64,000 nt of DNA from Eledone cirrhosa (taxonomy: Eukaryota). A program made the position numbers and the translations under genes. Every line of letters begins with the position of its first letter. Position 1 is the first letter of the stretch. Where the stretch lies: the NCBI GenBank assembly GCA_964016885.1, contig OZ024741.1, positions 22,940,001 to 23,004,000 of the forward strand, given 5' to 3'. The notes beneath the pieces were generated by a model. It made no database searches. It saw only the letters and a list, made by a program, of their open reading frames with translations, and was not told where the DNA came from. Positions 14,060 through 25,985 of this stretch are shown piece by piece.

Positions 14060-14490
14060 TCCCACAATAGCACCATTTACTCAGCATACATTTCTCTATC
14101 ATGAGTGTCTCACCACAACACCATTTACTCAGCACTCATCTCTCTACCATGAGTGTCTCACCACAACACTATTTACTCAGCACTCATTTCTCTGAGTGTA
14201 TCACCAAAACACCTTTTACTCAGCACTGATCTCTCTATCATGAGTGTCTCACCACAACGCCATTTACTCAGCACTCATTTCTCCGAGTGTCTCACCACAA
14301 CACCTTTTACTCAGTACTTATCTCTCTATAATGTGTCTTACCACAACACCTTTTACTCAGTACTTATCTCTCTATAATGTGTCTTACCACAACACCTTTT
14401 ACTCAGCACTCATCTCGCTATAATGTGTCTCACCACTCATCTCTCTATAATGAGTGTCTCACCACAATAGCACCTTTTACTCAACACTCA
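14060..14490. repeat. ~48-bp imperfect minisatellite (CACCACAACACCATTTACTCAGCACTCATCTCTCTATCATGAGTGTCT)
   Basis: Unit recurs at 14111, 14159 and onward, about 9 copies. Confidence 0.9.
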
Positions 14491-14538
14491 TTATGAATAT
14501 TTAGATAGAAGCAGTTTAACAATGAGATCACCACTTAC

Positions 14539-14607
14539 CTCAAGACTGTCACTTCCATCAGCTTCTCTGTCAATAATATCAAATATTTCCTCATACAACT
14601 TTTCACC
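14539..14607 (-). CDS. TUBG1: gamma-tubulin exon 5 ([23 protein letters not shown])
   Basis: 69 nt; ttttag acceptor and gtaagt donor; [11 protein letters not shown] is diagnostic of gamma-tubulin. Confidence 0.98.
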
Positions 14608-14854
14608 CTAAAAACACCACAAATACCAGTTTAAGAAATCTATAATTATATAACATTTAATTTAGATTGTTGAGGGGGAAAAAGATTTGTAGTACACTCA
14701 GGTCTTGAATAATCACTGCTCCTATTAACTTTTCAGATTGCTAAGAGTTAATAAGAGATATTTAATACTGAGTAGGGATATATTGGGATATAACATATGA
14801 TGTTCAAGTCTGGTGCACCAAACTAAAATCATGTCCATCAAGGGTGTGACAATC

Positions 14855-15160
14855 TCCCTAGTACTGGTGCTACAATAAAGCATCCAGCCATTGAAAACAT
14901 CTCATATATGGAAGATATGAGTGAGATGAATACACTCTGTATAGTGGTGTCACATAAAACACATCCAGTATATTCTATAAGGTGGTTGGTATTAGAAGGG
15001 CATCCAGCCATAGAAAACATGCCAAATATGGAAGCTAGCAAAAATGAACACACTCTGTTCAGTGGTGTCACAAAAAACACATCCAGTACAGTCTGTAAAT
15101 GTGGTTGGTGTTAGGAAGGCTATCCAGCCATAGAAAACTGCCAAATATAGAAGATATAAG
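14855..15160 (+). repeat. ~120-bp tandem copies of an RTE-tail/SINE-derived segment
   Basis: CATCCAGCCA(T)AGAAAA recurs at 14881, 15001 and 15121. It is the complement of the RTE 3' UTR motif CTGGATGCCCTTCCTAACACCAACC at ~49141. Confidence 0.75.
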
Positions 15161-15859
15161 ATGTGATTGTTCTGACTTGTATGATCTCAGACCATGACAA
15201 CCAGTCAATGTATAGTAGCATAGAAAGTAGGCATATGATGTAACATCACAAATTGTACCAGAAATATGGACACAGGCATAACTGTAGTTATGAAATTGGC
15301 TTCACAACTATGTAGTTCTTGGTTTGATTCCAATATGAGACACCTTGGCTAAGTATTTTCTACCATAACCTGGGGTGAATGGAAAACTGTGGAAGACATC
15401 CATATGAGTTGGTGTATTTTATCAATATATATCAATATTAAAAGACGAAAACATCCATAGGAAAAACAAATAATCTGTTTGTTATGTTTTTTTTTTTTTA
15501 AAGCAAACTCCTGGCAATGTTTGTTCTGCACTGAGTTACAGACACTCCCTTGTCTAAAACGAAAACTTGTAATAAATAAACTTATTGTTCATAAATTGCA
15601 ATATATAATAAATAAAAAGAAATTTTATATTTTATGAGACACAAAGTCTTAGGGGATGAAAATGAATGAATTGTTATGTTCATGTCGTTCCCAAAAACAT
15701 TTGAGCAAGAAATGGTTTTGAAGAGCATTGTGTATAGAATAACAAGAAGAAAAGGTGACACGTGGAAAACTATATTAACTGTAATCATGAGATTGAAAGG
15801 ACATGGTGGGGTACAGGCAATGAGGTTAAGTAGCTATAAATATAAAACATATACACTAC

Positions 15860-16027
15860 CTGTGAGAATCCAACAGCCCAGTTGTTACCTGCGCCTCCAC
15901 CTTGCTTACCAAGAAAAACATTTTCAGGGTTGTATAGTTTAGCATAAGGAGATGACATAATACTATTAATGACTCTTGGTTCAAGATCAAGTAGTACAGC
16001 TCTGGGAATGTAATGTTCATCATCAGC
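15860..16027 (-). CDS. TUBG1: gamma-tubulin exon 4 ([56 protein letters not shown])
   Basis: 168 nt; AG/GT boundaries; [12 protein letters not shown] and GAGNNWA motifs. Confidence 0.98.
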
Positions 16028-16087
16028 CTACAATTAGATATAATTATAATATATATATAACAACAGCATAATATATATAACAACATT

Positions 16088-17045
16088 ATTGGCAGTATCG
16101 GTAGAGGGTCGGACGTCATGCTTTCCAGCATAGTTACGTCCCTTTACGATCTGAGTTCAAATCCCGCCGAGGTTGACTTTGCCTTTCATCCTTACGGGGT
16201 CGATAAAATAAAGTACCAGTAATGTACTGGGTAATTGCTGGCCTTGTGCCTAAAGTAGAAACAATTATAATATATATATAGCAGTATGGTATATATAACA
16301 GTATAATATATATATAACATTATAATATATAAATAACAACATTATAATATATATATATATATATATACAGGGTCGATAAAATAAAGTACCAGTAATACAC
16401 TGGGTAATTGCTGGCCTTGTGCCTAAAGTAGAAACAATTATAATATATATATATACAACATTATAATATATATATAACATTGTTATATATATATATATAT
16501 GCAACATTATAATATATATATAACATTGTTATATATATATATATATATACAACATTATAATATATATATAACATTGTTATATATATATATATACAACATT
16601 ATAATATATATATAACATTGTCGAGGCTTCCAAACGACTTATAAATATTTACTTATTGTTCCACAATGCTTCAAGCAAACTTCAATACTCTCTTATATAT
16701 AACATTGTTATATATAGATACAACATTCAGTATCGTTAGAGGGTCGGACGCCATGCTTTGACGTATGGAGTTACGGCCCTTGCCATTCTGAGTTCAAATC
16801 CCGCCGAGGTTAACTTTGCCTTTCATCCTTACGGGGTCGATAAAATAAAGTATCAGTAATGCACTGGCCTTGTGCCAAAAGTAGAAACAATTATAATATA
16901 TATATATAACATTGTTATATATATTATAATTGTTTCTACTTTTGGCACAAGGCCAGCAAATACCCAGTGTATTACTGGTACTTTATTTTATCGACCCCGT
17001 AAGGATGAAAGGCAAAGTTAACCTCGTCGGGATTTGAACTCAGAA
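16088..17045. mobile_element. cluster of family-A SINEs: + copies at ~16088-16268, 16370-16440 and 16728-16895; - copy at ~16922-17045
   Basis: Repeated TGGCAGTATCGGTAGAG...GAGTTCAAATCCCGCCGAGG...GGCCTTGTGCCTAAAGTAGAAACAATT separated by TA-rich repeats. Confidence 0.9.
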
Positions 17046-17145
17046 CAATATGATATATATAACAACAGTATTATATATATATATATATATATAACATTGT
17101 GACATATATACTGGAAAATGACAATATTACTTCATGATGGATGGA

Positions 17146-19640
17146 TTAGTAGGATAACAGAGTTGATAGGGTAGTGGGACAACAGAGTTGATAGGGCAGT
17201 GGGACAACAGAGATGGTAGGGTCGTGGGACAACAGAGATGGTAGGGTAGTGGGATAACAGAGTTGATAAGGTAGTGGGACAACAGAGTTGGTAGGGTAGT
17301 GGGATAACAGAGATGGTAGGGTTGTGGGATAACAGAGATGGTAGGGTAGTGGGATAACAGAGTTGATAGGGTAGTGGGATAACAGAGTTGATAGGGTAAT
17401 GGGACAACAGAGATGGTAGAGTAGTGGGATAACAGAGATGGTAGGGTAGTGGGATAACAGAGTTGATAGGGTAGTGGGACAACAGAGTTGATAGGGTAGT
17501 GGGACAACAGAGATGGTAGGGTAGTGGGACAACAGAGATGGTGGGGTAATGGGATAACAGAGTTGATAGGGTAGTGGGACAACAGAGATGGTAGGGTAGT
17601 GGGATAACAGAGTTGATAGGGTAGTGGGATAACAGAGTTGATAGGGTAGTGGGAGAACAGAGATGGTAGGGTAGTGGGACAACAGAGATGGTAGGGTAGT
17701 GGGATAACATAGTTGATAGGGTAGTGGGACAACAGAGATGGTAGGGTAGTGGGACAACAGAGTTGATAGGGTAGTGGGATAACAGAGATGGTAGGGTAGT
17801 GGGACAACAGAGATGGTAGGGTAGTGGGATAACATAGTTGATAGGGTAGTGGGACAACAGAGATGGTAGGGTAGTGGGACAACAGAGGTGGTAGGGTAGT
17901 GGGACAACAGAGATGGTAGGGTAGTGGGACAACAGAGTTGATAGGGTAGTGGAATAACAGAGTTGATAGGGTAGTGGGACAACAGAGTTGATAGGGTAGT
18001 GGGACAACAGAGATGGTAGGGTAGTGGGACAACAGAGTTGATAGGGTAGTGGGACAACAGAGATGGTAGGGTAGTGGGACAACAGAGTTGATAGGGTAGT
18101 GGGATAACAGAGATGGTCGGGTAGTGGGACAACAGAGTTGGTAGGGTAGTGGGACAACAGAGATGGTAGGGTAGTGGGACAACAGAGATGGTAGGGTAGT
18201 GGGACAACATAGATGGTAGGGTAGTGGGACAACAGAGTTGATAGGGTAGTGGGACAACAGAGATGGTAGGGTAGTGGGACAACAGAGATGATAGGGTAAT
18301 GGGACAACAGAGTTGATAGAGTAGTGGGATAACAGAGTTGATAGGGTAGTGGGACAACAGAGATGGTAGGGTAGTGGGACAACAGAGATGGTAGGGTAGT
18401 GGGATAACAGAGTTGATAGGGTAGTGGGATAACAGAGTTGATAGGGTAGTGGGATAACAGAGATGGTAGGGTAGTGGGACAACAGAGATGGTAGGGTAGT
18501 GGGACAACAGAGTTGATAGGGTAGTGGGATAACAGAGTTGATAGGGTAGTGGGATAACAGAGTTGATAGGGTAGTGGGACAACAGAGTTGATAGGGTAGT
18601 GGGACAACAGAGTTGATAGGGTAGTGGGAAAACAGAGTTGGTAGGGTAGTGGGACAACAGAGATGGTAGGGTAGTGGGACAACAGAGATGGTAGGGTAGT
18701 GGGACAACAGAAATGGTAGGGTAGTGGGACAACAGAGTTGATAGGGTAGTGGGATAACAGAGTTGGTAGGGTAGTGGGATAACAGAGTTGGTAGGGTAGT
18801 GGGACAACAGAGATGGTAGGGTAGTGAGACAACAGAGATGGTAGGGTAGTGGGACAACAGAGTTGATAGGGTAATGGGACAACAGATGATAGGGTAGTGG
18901 GACAACAGAGTTGATAGGGTAGTGGGACAACAGAGTTGATAGGGTAGTGGGACAACAGAGTTGATAGGGTAGTGGGACAACAGAGATGATAGGGTAGTGG
19001 GACAACAGAGTTGATAGGGTAGTGGGACAACAGAGATGGTAGGGTAGTGGGACAACAGAGTTGATAGGGTAGTGGGACAACAGAGTTGATAGGGTAGTGG
19101 GATAACAGAGTTGATAGGGTAGTGGGACAACAGAGATGATAGGGTAGTGGGACAACATAGTTGATAGGGTAGTGGGACAACAGAGATGGTAGGGTAGTGG
19201 GATAACAGAGTTGATAGGGTAGTGGGACAACAGAGTTGATAGGGTAGTGAGATAACAGAGTTGATAGGGTAGTGGGACAACAGAAATGGTAGGGTAGTGG
19301 AACAACAGAGATGGTAGGGTAGTGGGACAACAGAGATGGTAGGGTAGTGGGACAACAGAGATGGTAGGGTAGTGGGACAACATAGATGGTAGGGTAGTGG
19401 GACAACATAGATGGTAGGGTAGTGGGACAACATAGATGGTAGGGTCGTGGGATAACAGTTGATAAGGTAGTGGGACAACAGAGAGTTGGTAGGGTAGTGG
19501 GACAACATAGAGATGGTAGGGTAGTGGGACAGCAGAAGTGATAGAGTAATGGGACAACAGAAGTGATAGAGTAGTGGGACAACATAGAGCTGACAGATTA
19601 GTGAGACAACAGAGATGGTTGGGTAGTGGGATAACATAAC
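17146..19640. repeat. 25-bp G-rich minisatellite (AGGGTAGTGGGACAACAGAGATGGT / ...GAGTTGAT), ~100 copies, in gamma-tubulin intron 3
   Basis: Period of 25 read directly (GTAGTGGGAC at 17471 and 17496). Confidence 0.99.
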
Positions 19641-20042
19641 AGAGTTACTAAAGAGTCTGATAGATGTAAAGTATCAGTGAGGTTCCAGCAACAGAATATA
19701 TTATAAGTTTTTAATGTAATCCTGAATGAAGCCTCATCTCATGATTAATTTTACTTTACAGCAACCGTGAAATGTATGAATTCATCATCATCATCATCAT
19801 CAACATTTGTTGTCCCTGCTAGCAAGGGCTGGATGGGTCATCCCAATCCATATCAGCACTGACATGGAGTCACTGACCTCTCAGGTAGGCTAATATCATG
19901 CACCATTTGATTTTAGCCATGACAGATCTTCTGCATTCAGGGCCCATGTCTCGCTGTCGTACAGCAGAGCAGTTTGAATACATAAAATGTAAAATAAGAC
20001 TTTTTTTAATTAAAAAGGAGAAAAAAATCAACAAACTCTTAC

Positions 20043-20104
20043 CTGATAGAAAAATACATCTTTCCTATCTAAGCCTTCCGTTGCAAAGTTTTCCAAAATC
20101 CCAT
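20043..20104 (-). CDS. TUBG1: gamma-tubulin exon 3 (DGILENFATEGLDRKDVFFYQ)
   Basis: 62 nt; cacag acceptor and gtaag donor; DRKDVFFYQ is gamma-specific. Confidence 0.98.
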
Positions 20105-20677
20105 CTGTGAGACAAAACAATTTAAACAATAAACAAGATTTGCTTATGAAGTATCGGCAAATTTTATCAACAAATTTAAACAAAATAAAATTTAAAAAAA
20201 ACATTGTAATTTAACTCTATTGCTCCATTTTTTCTTGTGTCCTGTATATCTGGTCTTGGGCCCCAAATAATGGGGAGGGGGAGGAATCGGTAATTTTTCT
20301 AGGTTGTCTCCATTGATGTTTTTAAAAACCAGAATTAGTCGTTTAGTTTACATATTGAGACCCCAACCCATCCTATTTATTTTATACTGCAAATATAGCA
20401 AAATAAGAAGACAAGCTTGTTGTTCCAAAGAAATTCACTTCTACAGAAGGATTGGGAATGTATAATGTTTAGACTCAAGTCTACCTGACTAATCCATTGT
20501 TTTTTACAGGCATAGAATGACATTATTCAACGTAGAGCAATGTTGTTGTTCCGACTTAATTCTGTCTTGATGGAGTAGATCTTTCATTGCAGATATTATA
20601 ACCATGACTAATCCACTGATTTATTAGGCATAGAATGACAAGGAATGTCCATTTTTCAAGATGTTAGATAACTTTAA

Positions 20678-21089
20678 CCGTTTCATGACCACATTTAATA
20701 ATAATGAATAATGAAATTATTGTGTACAGTGCTCAGGTGCACTACAACTCATCAAAGGTGTATGTATAGTACATAGAATAATATACAAATGTCAGGAAAA
20801 TGAACAGTGTGTGAGTCATGAAATACTCATGTGTATAGAGGGACATCAGGTGTAGTGTTGGTGAATCTCAGGAAACATGGATGTTTTAAAGGATGCAGTG
20901 TTGAAATACACTATTTTAATTAATTAATAAAGAATTTTTATGGGTTTACTTAGATTAATTATTTCATTACTAAGATAGTAACTTAATATAATGTTCTTAT
21001 ATAAAATTATGTTGCAAGATTTTAATTTAAATTGGTGGTTTTATTTCATAGAACCAGAGCTGGTTTTGGCTGGGTTGGTAGCTAAAGGG
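20678..21089. mobile_element. piggyBac-type MITE (TTAA|CCGTTT...AAAGGG|TTAA) carrying a nested ~200-bp repeat, probably a LINE 3' end (~20698-20905; similar copy at ~62612-62810)
   Basis: TTAA on both sides and CC(C/G)TTT terminal inverted repeat. The same internal sequence flanks the RTE at 48950-52256. Confidence 0.65.
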
Positions 21090-21131
21090 TTAAAGAAATA
21101 ACAATAAAAGAGAAAATATATAAATTATTAC

Positions 21132-21182
21132 CTGGACTAATTCCATGTTCTGCACACAGTTGCTTCCAAAATTCCATGCCAA
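21132..21182 (-). CDS. TUBG1: gamma-tubulin exon 2 (IGMEFWKQLCAEHGISP)
   Basis: 51 nt; ttccag acceptor and gtaat donor; phase consistent with neighbours. Confidence 0.98.
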
Positions 21183-21731
21183 CTGGAAAAAAAAAAAAGA
21201 GATATATAAATGACAAAATTTCAACATTTACACTCAGATCCCAAATAGTGGAGGTAGAAAATCAGGAATTTTTCTAAGTTGTCTCCACTGATTAAAAAAC
21301 AAACAAACCAGAATTAGTTGTTTAGTTTACATATCAAGGCTCCAACCCATCCTATTTATTTTATAATGTATGGGATTTCTTGTAATGTATTTTTTTAAGA
21401 CATGTATAATGTTTTTTAATGTCTAGTGTTTGGACCTGGTGCATATGTTTATGTTTCATGGACACACACTCACACGTTTCCCTACTACCAAAGACAAAAG
21501 ATTAATTTGATATCCAAACCTAAACTGATCCTTCTTCACATTAACACCCACTGACACATACATTAAAAATGCCAGCAGTTGGAATTGTAAGAACATTTTC
21601 TATTTCTATTTTTAACCAAGTGAATTCAATTAAATTTCAACCTGTTGAACTCCACCTTCATAAAGAAAATTGTCGCAGGAATGCGACCACTTAAAATAAA
21701 ATTTCACCAGAGATAGATTAGCAAAATGTAA

Positions 21732-21929
21732 CCCTTTAGCATTTAAACCGGCCATATCCAGCCAGAATTCTCCCACCTCTTTCTGTTCAAACCCGCCGTT
21801 CATGCTGATCTTGAGGTATTGTTCTTAAAATAAATAATATCAACATTACATAGATTCAATATTATGTGAGGTAAAGCCTTTACTGTGAAAATATAATAGT
21901 ATATATAGAGTAATGTAAATGGTAAAGGG
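21732..21929. mobile_element. piggyBac-type MITE
   Basis: Terminal inverted repeats CCCTTTAGCATTTA / TAAATGGTAAAGGG, flanked by GTAA and TTAA. Confidence 0.7.
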
Positions 21930-21994
21930 TTAATAAGTGGGGAGTGGGGGATTATTCAAGATCCAAGAGTACCTGATTCTACTGAAACATTTAT

Positions 21995-22200
21995 GGTTGT
22001 CTTCTTGTCCCACTTATTCTTGAGAGTGTCGTGGAGGCAGAGTCCTTAAACACTCCTTCCAGCGGGTCCTGTCAGAAGTAACCGTCTCCAACTGATCCAG
22101 CTGGATCCCCAAGCGAGACCAGACAAGCTCATCTTTGCTATCCAACCATCTTGCTCAGGGTTTACTCCAGGGTCTCCTTCTGGTTGGTTTTGCTCTTAAA
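21995..22200 (-). mobile_element. LINE 3'-end fragment (RTE-like RT C-terminus); relatives at ~44715-44830, 45445-45560, 45915-46460, 53205-53480 and 61765-62060
   Basis: Relatives translate to YYGHVVRMSQERI...RRPKG..ARWLDNI, a typical LINE ORF2 end. The 46085-46460 copy has ~110-bp internal tandem repeats. Confidence 0.7.
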
Positions 22201-22745
22201 TATGTCAACTATTATTATAGTTATCTGCAATGTGGCAACTATATTTTCAAATCTCTCAAAGATGTAGTGAGATCTTTCATGCCTTATAGTAGCACAATAG
22301 CAACATGTCACACATGGAGAGCTTTTTTATATAACCCTTAAAATATAGAAATTTGTTAATGTTTGTTGTAGTATTCAGGTTTAAGATTCACGATCATAAA
22401 ACTGGAGCTTCAATTCCTGGTCTAGATGGTATGTTCTTAAGACAAATCTCTATCATTAAAACATCCGAGAAATCTACATAAGCTCCGGTCGGGTCTCGAT
22501 TAACCCTCCCCCCTTCCGCTTAGTAATTTTTCAAATTTCTTCCAAAATCAAATAAAAATAAAAATATCCTAGGTATGCTAACCAAACCGACTGCTATTTC
22601 TAGCAGGTTGGGTGACAACCACAAGGGATTCTCTTTGCGTTTCGCGACCAGCGTCGCCATGAATATCAAACACTGGTTTACACATACGCACATATATTTA
22701 CATATAATTATATCCATATGTAATTATCTATATATATAAAAGATT

Positions 22746-23252
22746 GGAACTCCAATCATCCTTTTGAGAAACCTGGACCAACCACGTCTATGCAATGTTA
22801 CTTTAAAGTCAGGTGAATGATGAACCACCTCCCAGAAGGTCACGATTCTTGGAGGCAATCATCAATGAGAACATGCATTTATTCCCAAGATTCCTCTGAT
22901 CCCTTCCTTTCAAATTCTCCAGGCTTCAGTTCCCCGTTAGAGCCAGTTTTGCTATGACCATAAATAAAGCTTAGGGTCAGAGTCTCAAAGTTGTAGAATT
23001 GAATATGAGAGATGAGGGAATCGGTTTTTACCCATGGCCAGTTATATGTATGTTGTTGACGAGTGGGATCACCTAGAAATATTCATATACTATACACAAA
23101 CGGTAAAACGGAGAATCTGGTGTATCTGGAAGATTGTTTTATTATTTTGTCACAGATACCACGGTCGCCTCATACTGTAAACTAGACAACACATCTAATA
23201 CAGTCATTTTCTCTTATGTTTACCCGGGCGAAGCTGAGTACCTCAGATAGTA
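22746..23252 (+). mobile_element. Helitron 3' remnant (degenerate Pif1-family helicase C-terminus plus terminal hairpin) in gamma-tubulin intron 1
   Basis: Translates, with stops and frameshifts, to GTPIILLRNLDQPRLCN...FIPKIPLIPS..FSRLQFPVRASFAMTINKA*GQSLKVV...FTHGQLYV. Ends in TACCCGGGCGAAGCTGAGTA...ATAGT, a decayed hairpin plus CTAG-like end. Confidence 0.85.
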
Positions 23253-23755
23253 TGTTACAAATAGGATGGGTTGGTGTCTCTATGTAAACTAAACGACTAA
23301 TTCTGGTTTTTTTTTAAATTTAAATAACGGAGACAACCCAGAAAAATTACCCAATTTTCCAATCCCCCGCTTATTATTTGTAAGCTATAAATTTCATTTT
23401 TTTTTTCGTACTCCATTTAGAAAATATTACTCATAGTTTTTCATATTTTTAGTTTCTTTTTTAAGGGTTTATTTTATCTTTACTTTTTCTTAATCTCCAA
23501 TAATAATTTGTATTTTTGTATTTGTTTGGTGGAAAAATTCTACATAAATAAATAAATAAGATATTGGAATAGAAAGATAAAAATGCATCCTGTACACACT
23601 GCAAAGTCGTTGGCATTAGGAAAGGTACCCGACCGATTAAACCATGCCGAATATAGAAGGTATGGGTAAAATAAAGTGTCTGCGACTTGTCTAGTCTCGA
23701 TGGCAGTACGGAAAGTGGATATAGAATAATGAATGAATAATATATATATATCATA

Positions 23756-23883
23756 TTTAATCTAGAAATGGCTTATACAGGACTACAACTGTTTCCTTCA
23801 AAAGAAATTATCAGGAAAGTTTTCTTGATGATTTCTTTTGAATGAAACAGTTCTAGTCTTGTAGAAGCCATTTCTATATTAAA
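23756..23883. repeat. loop-less 128-bp imperfect palindrome made of two head-to-head degenerate hammerhead ribozyme motifs
   Basis: The arms are reverse complements. Consensus of both arms is CTGATGA-TTTC TTTT GAAG-GAAA-CAGTTG-TA. Confidence 0.7.
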
Positions 23884-24092
23884 CACGTTTACACCCTACT
23901 AATGTATTGAGTACCTTACTGTAGTTACCTCTGATTGAACCCGGGACTCACACAGGCATATATATAACATATAGATTAAGATAGTATTTAAAACATTAAC
24001 TTAAAATGTTAGTTATATATATATATCTGTAAGTCAAATTGTCAATATAAACAATTCTTAGAATCTAAATTTCTGTTATATATGAAAAAGAT

Positions 24093-24139
<47 letters not shown>

Positions 24140-24686
24140 TGCCCAATCAAGTACAACTTTTTCATATATAACTGAGAAATTTAGCTTCTAAGAATTGTTT
24201 ATATTGACAATTTAACTTACAAATAACCGGCAACCTGAAATTGCCATTGAACGAGAAGTTTGTTTTAATACTTTTCCAGGTAACCAATATATTTTATTAA
24301 TCTTATTCACAGCTGTATAAATAACATTACAAATTGTTCACAATTCTTTCAGAATTAAAATATAAACACATATAATAAATACAATTAACTATTGCTAGGA
24401 ACTTTATAAATAACCAAAATATATGATCAGAGCGAGAGAAAGAAAAAAGAAAGAAATTAAGTTACTATATCGATTTAAATAAGTTTATTAAAGTATAAAA
24501 TACAATCCAACCTTCAGATTAAACATATTAACTATAAATACTAAATAAACAAATATCAACACACAAAATAACGAAGTTAAACGACAAATTATTTAGAAAC
24601 ATTCCCAATATACTATTAAAGTTTCAGCTAGAAAAAGACAACAAAGATAATATACAAAGAAAGTTATAAAGAATCTCTATATTTAC

Positions 24687-24735
24687 TTTGATTGCCACAT
24701 TGTCCAAGTTGTAATGTTATCATTTCACGAGGCAT
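24687..24735 (-). CDS. TUBG1: gamma-tubulin exon 1 (MPREMITLQLGQCGNQ)
   Basis: ATG at 24735; 49-nt coding part followed by gtaaat donor; MPRE..TLQLGQCGNQ is the gamma-tubulin N-terminus. Confidence 0.98.
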
Positions 24736-24801
24736 CTTGACAGTAATTAGGAGTAATTAGGCCGTATTTAATGAGAGAGACAAGTATTGACAGGTTCTTG
24801 G

Positions 24802-24812
24802 AAAATGGCGGC
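24802..24812 (+). promoter_or_regulatory. YY1-type motif AAAATGGCGGC ~70 bp upstream of the gamma-tubulin ATG
   Basis: Exact match to the YY1 consensus at a promoter-proximal position. Confidence 0.5.
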
Positions 24813-25297
24813 AAAATATTCAGTTGAAGATATATATTGTTATTTACGAATAAATGAAATGTTTGTCGGAATAAAATAGTCCCGGCAGCAAATAATATAT
24901 TGTGTGGTTACCAATATGTTCTTTCTTTCTTTCACAGACTTAGAACCTGTGAAAGAAAACAAACTTGTTAGGTACAGGATGTTGTAATTGTAATGTTATA
25001 GAAGACATTGTATAGGGAATCAAAATGGAATTGCAACAGTCGGAAATTGAAACGAGATCTCTAACGCGGGTGGAGAACGCGCTGCTAGAAATAGCAGCCA
25101 AATACATACAAGTGTCGGCTGAAAAGTTCATAGACTGACGTGACTATGAAGGGGTGATGTTAGAGCTGTGAAATCTTGCATACATACTTTTCAACATACA
25201 TTGTTTCTTTACAGGGACTATGTTGAAAAAGAAACCTCATTTGGTCATTCCTTAAGAATATTTTGGTCGGCCTAAGAACTTTTCAGCCAACTCTCGA

Positions 25298-25398
<101 letters not shown>

Positions 25399-25694
25399 CT
25401 GCCCCACAGGCTGGAAAAAATAATTGTTTGATAGTTCCTGGTATTTTCGGATTTTATTGTTTTTTGATTGGTAAGAAGGAAAAGAGGGAGGTCTGTGCTC
25501 ATGTGAGATCGATGTGAGTAAATTTCACTCACAAAACTTGGGTCGACCTGAGGCAATGGTAAACATGAAGCTTACTCAAGATGTCATGCAGGAGGATTGA
25601 ACCTGAGACATTATAGTTGTAAAGTAAACTTCTTAAACATCCAGACATGCTACAGTAGGCTTAAATGCATAGGTTAACGGTAAAGCACAAAGAT

Positions 25695-25985
25695 GGATTT
25701 AGCTTGTATGGGGCCCCGGGCTGATAATTTCATTGGGGCTTTGGTGTCAAATTTATGATGACGGAAAAAAATTAATTTAGGGGCTCTTTAAATATTGTTG
25801 AGGTCCTTGGTTAAAAGCTAATAAGCTTCCTTCCCTTTAAATATTCAGGGGCCTCTGGCTACAAACTAGTCACTCCCCTTCCCTTTAAATATTGTGGAGT
25901 CCCTAGCTACAATCTAATCAGGGAGCCCTTTAAATATATTGTGGGGTCCCTAGCTACAAGTTAGTCAGCTCCCTTTCCTTTTGTT
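25695..25985. repeat. short repeat element with ~50-bp imperfect internal tandem units (CTTTAAATATTGTGGGGTCCCTAGCTACAA)
   Basis: About four degenerate units seen directly. Confidence 0.55.

Noticed and set aside
17127-19637. Three overlapping ~800-aa ORFs
   Set aside because: Artefact of a 25-bp tandem repeat cycling through the frames.
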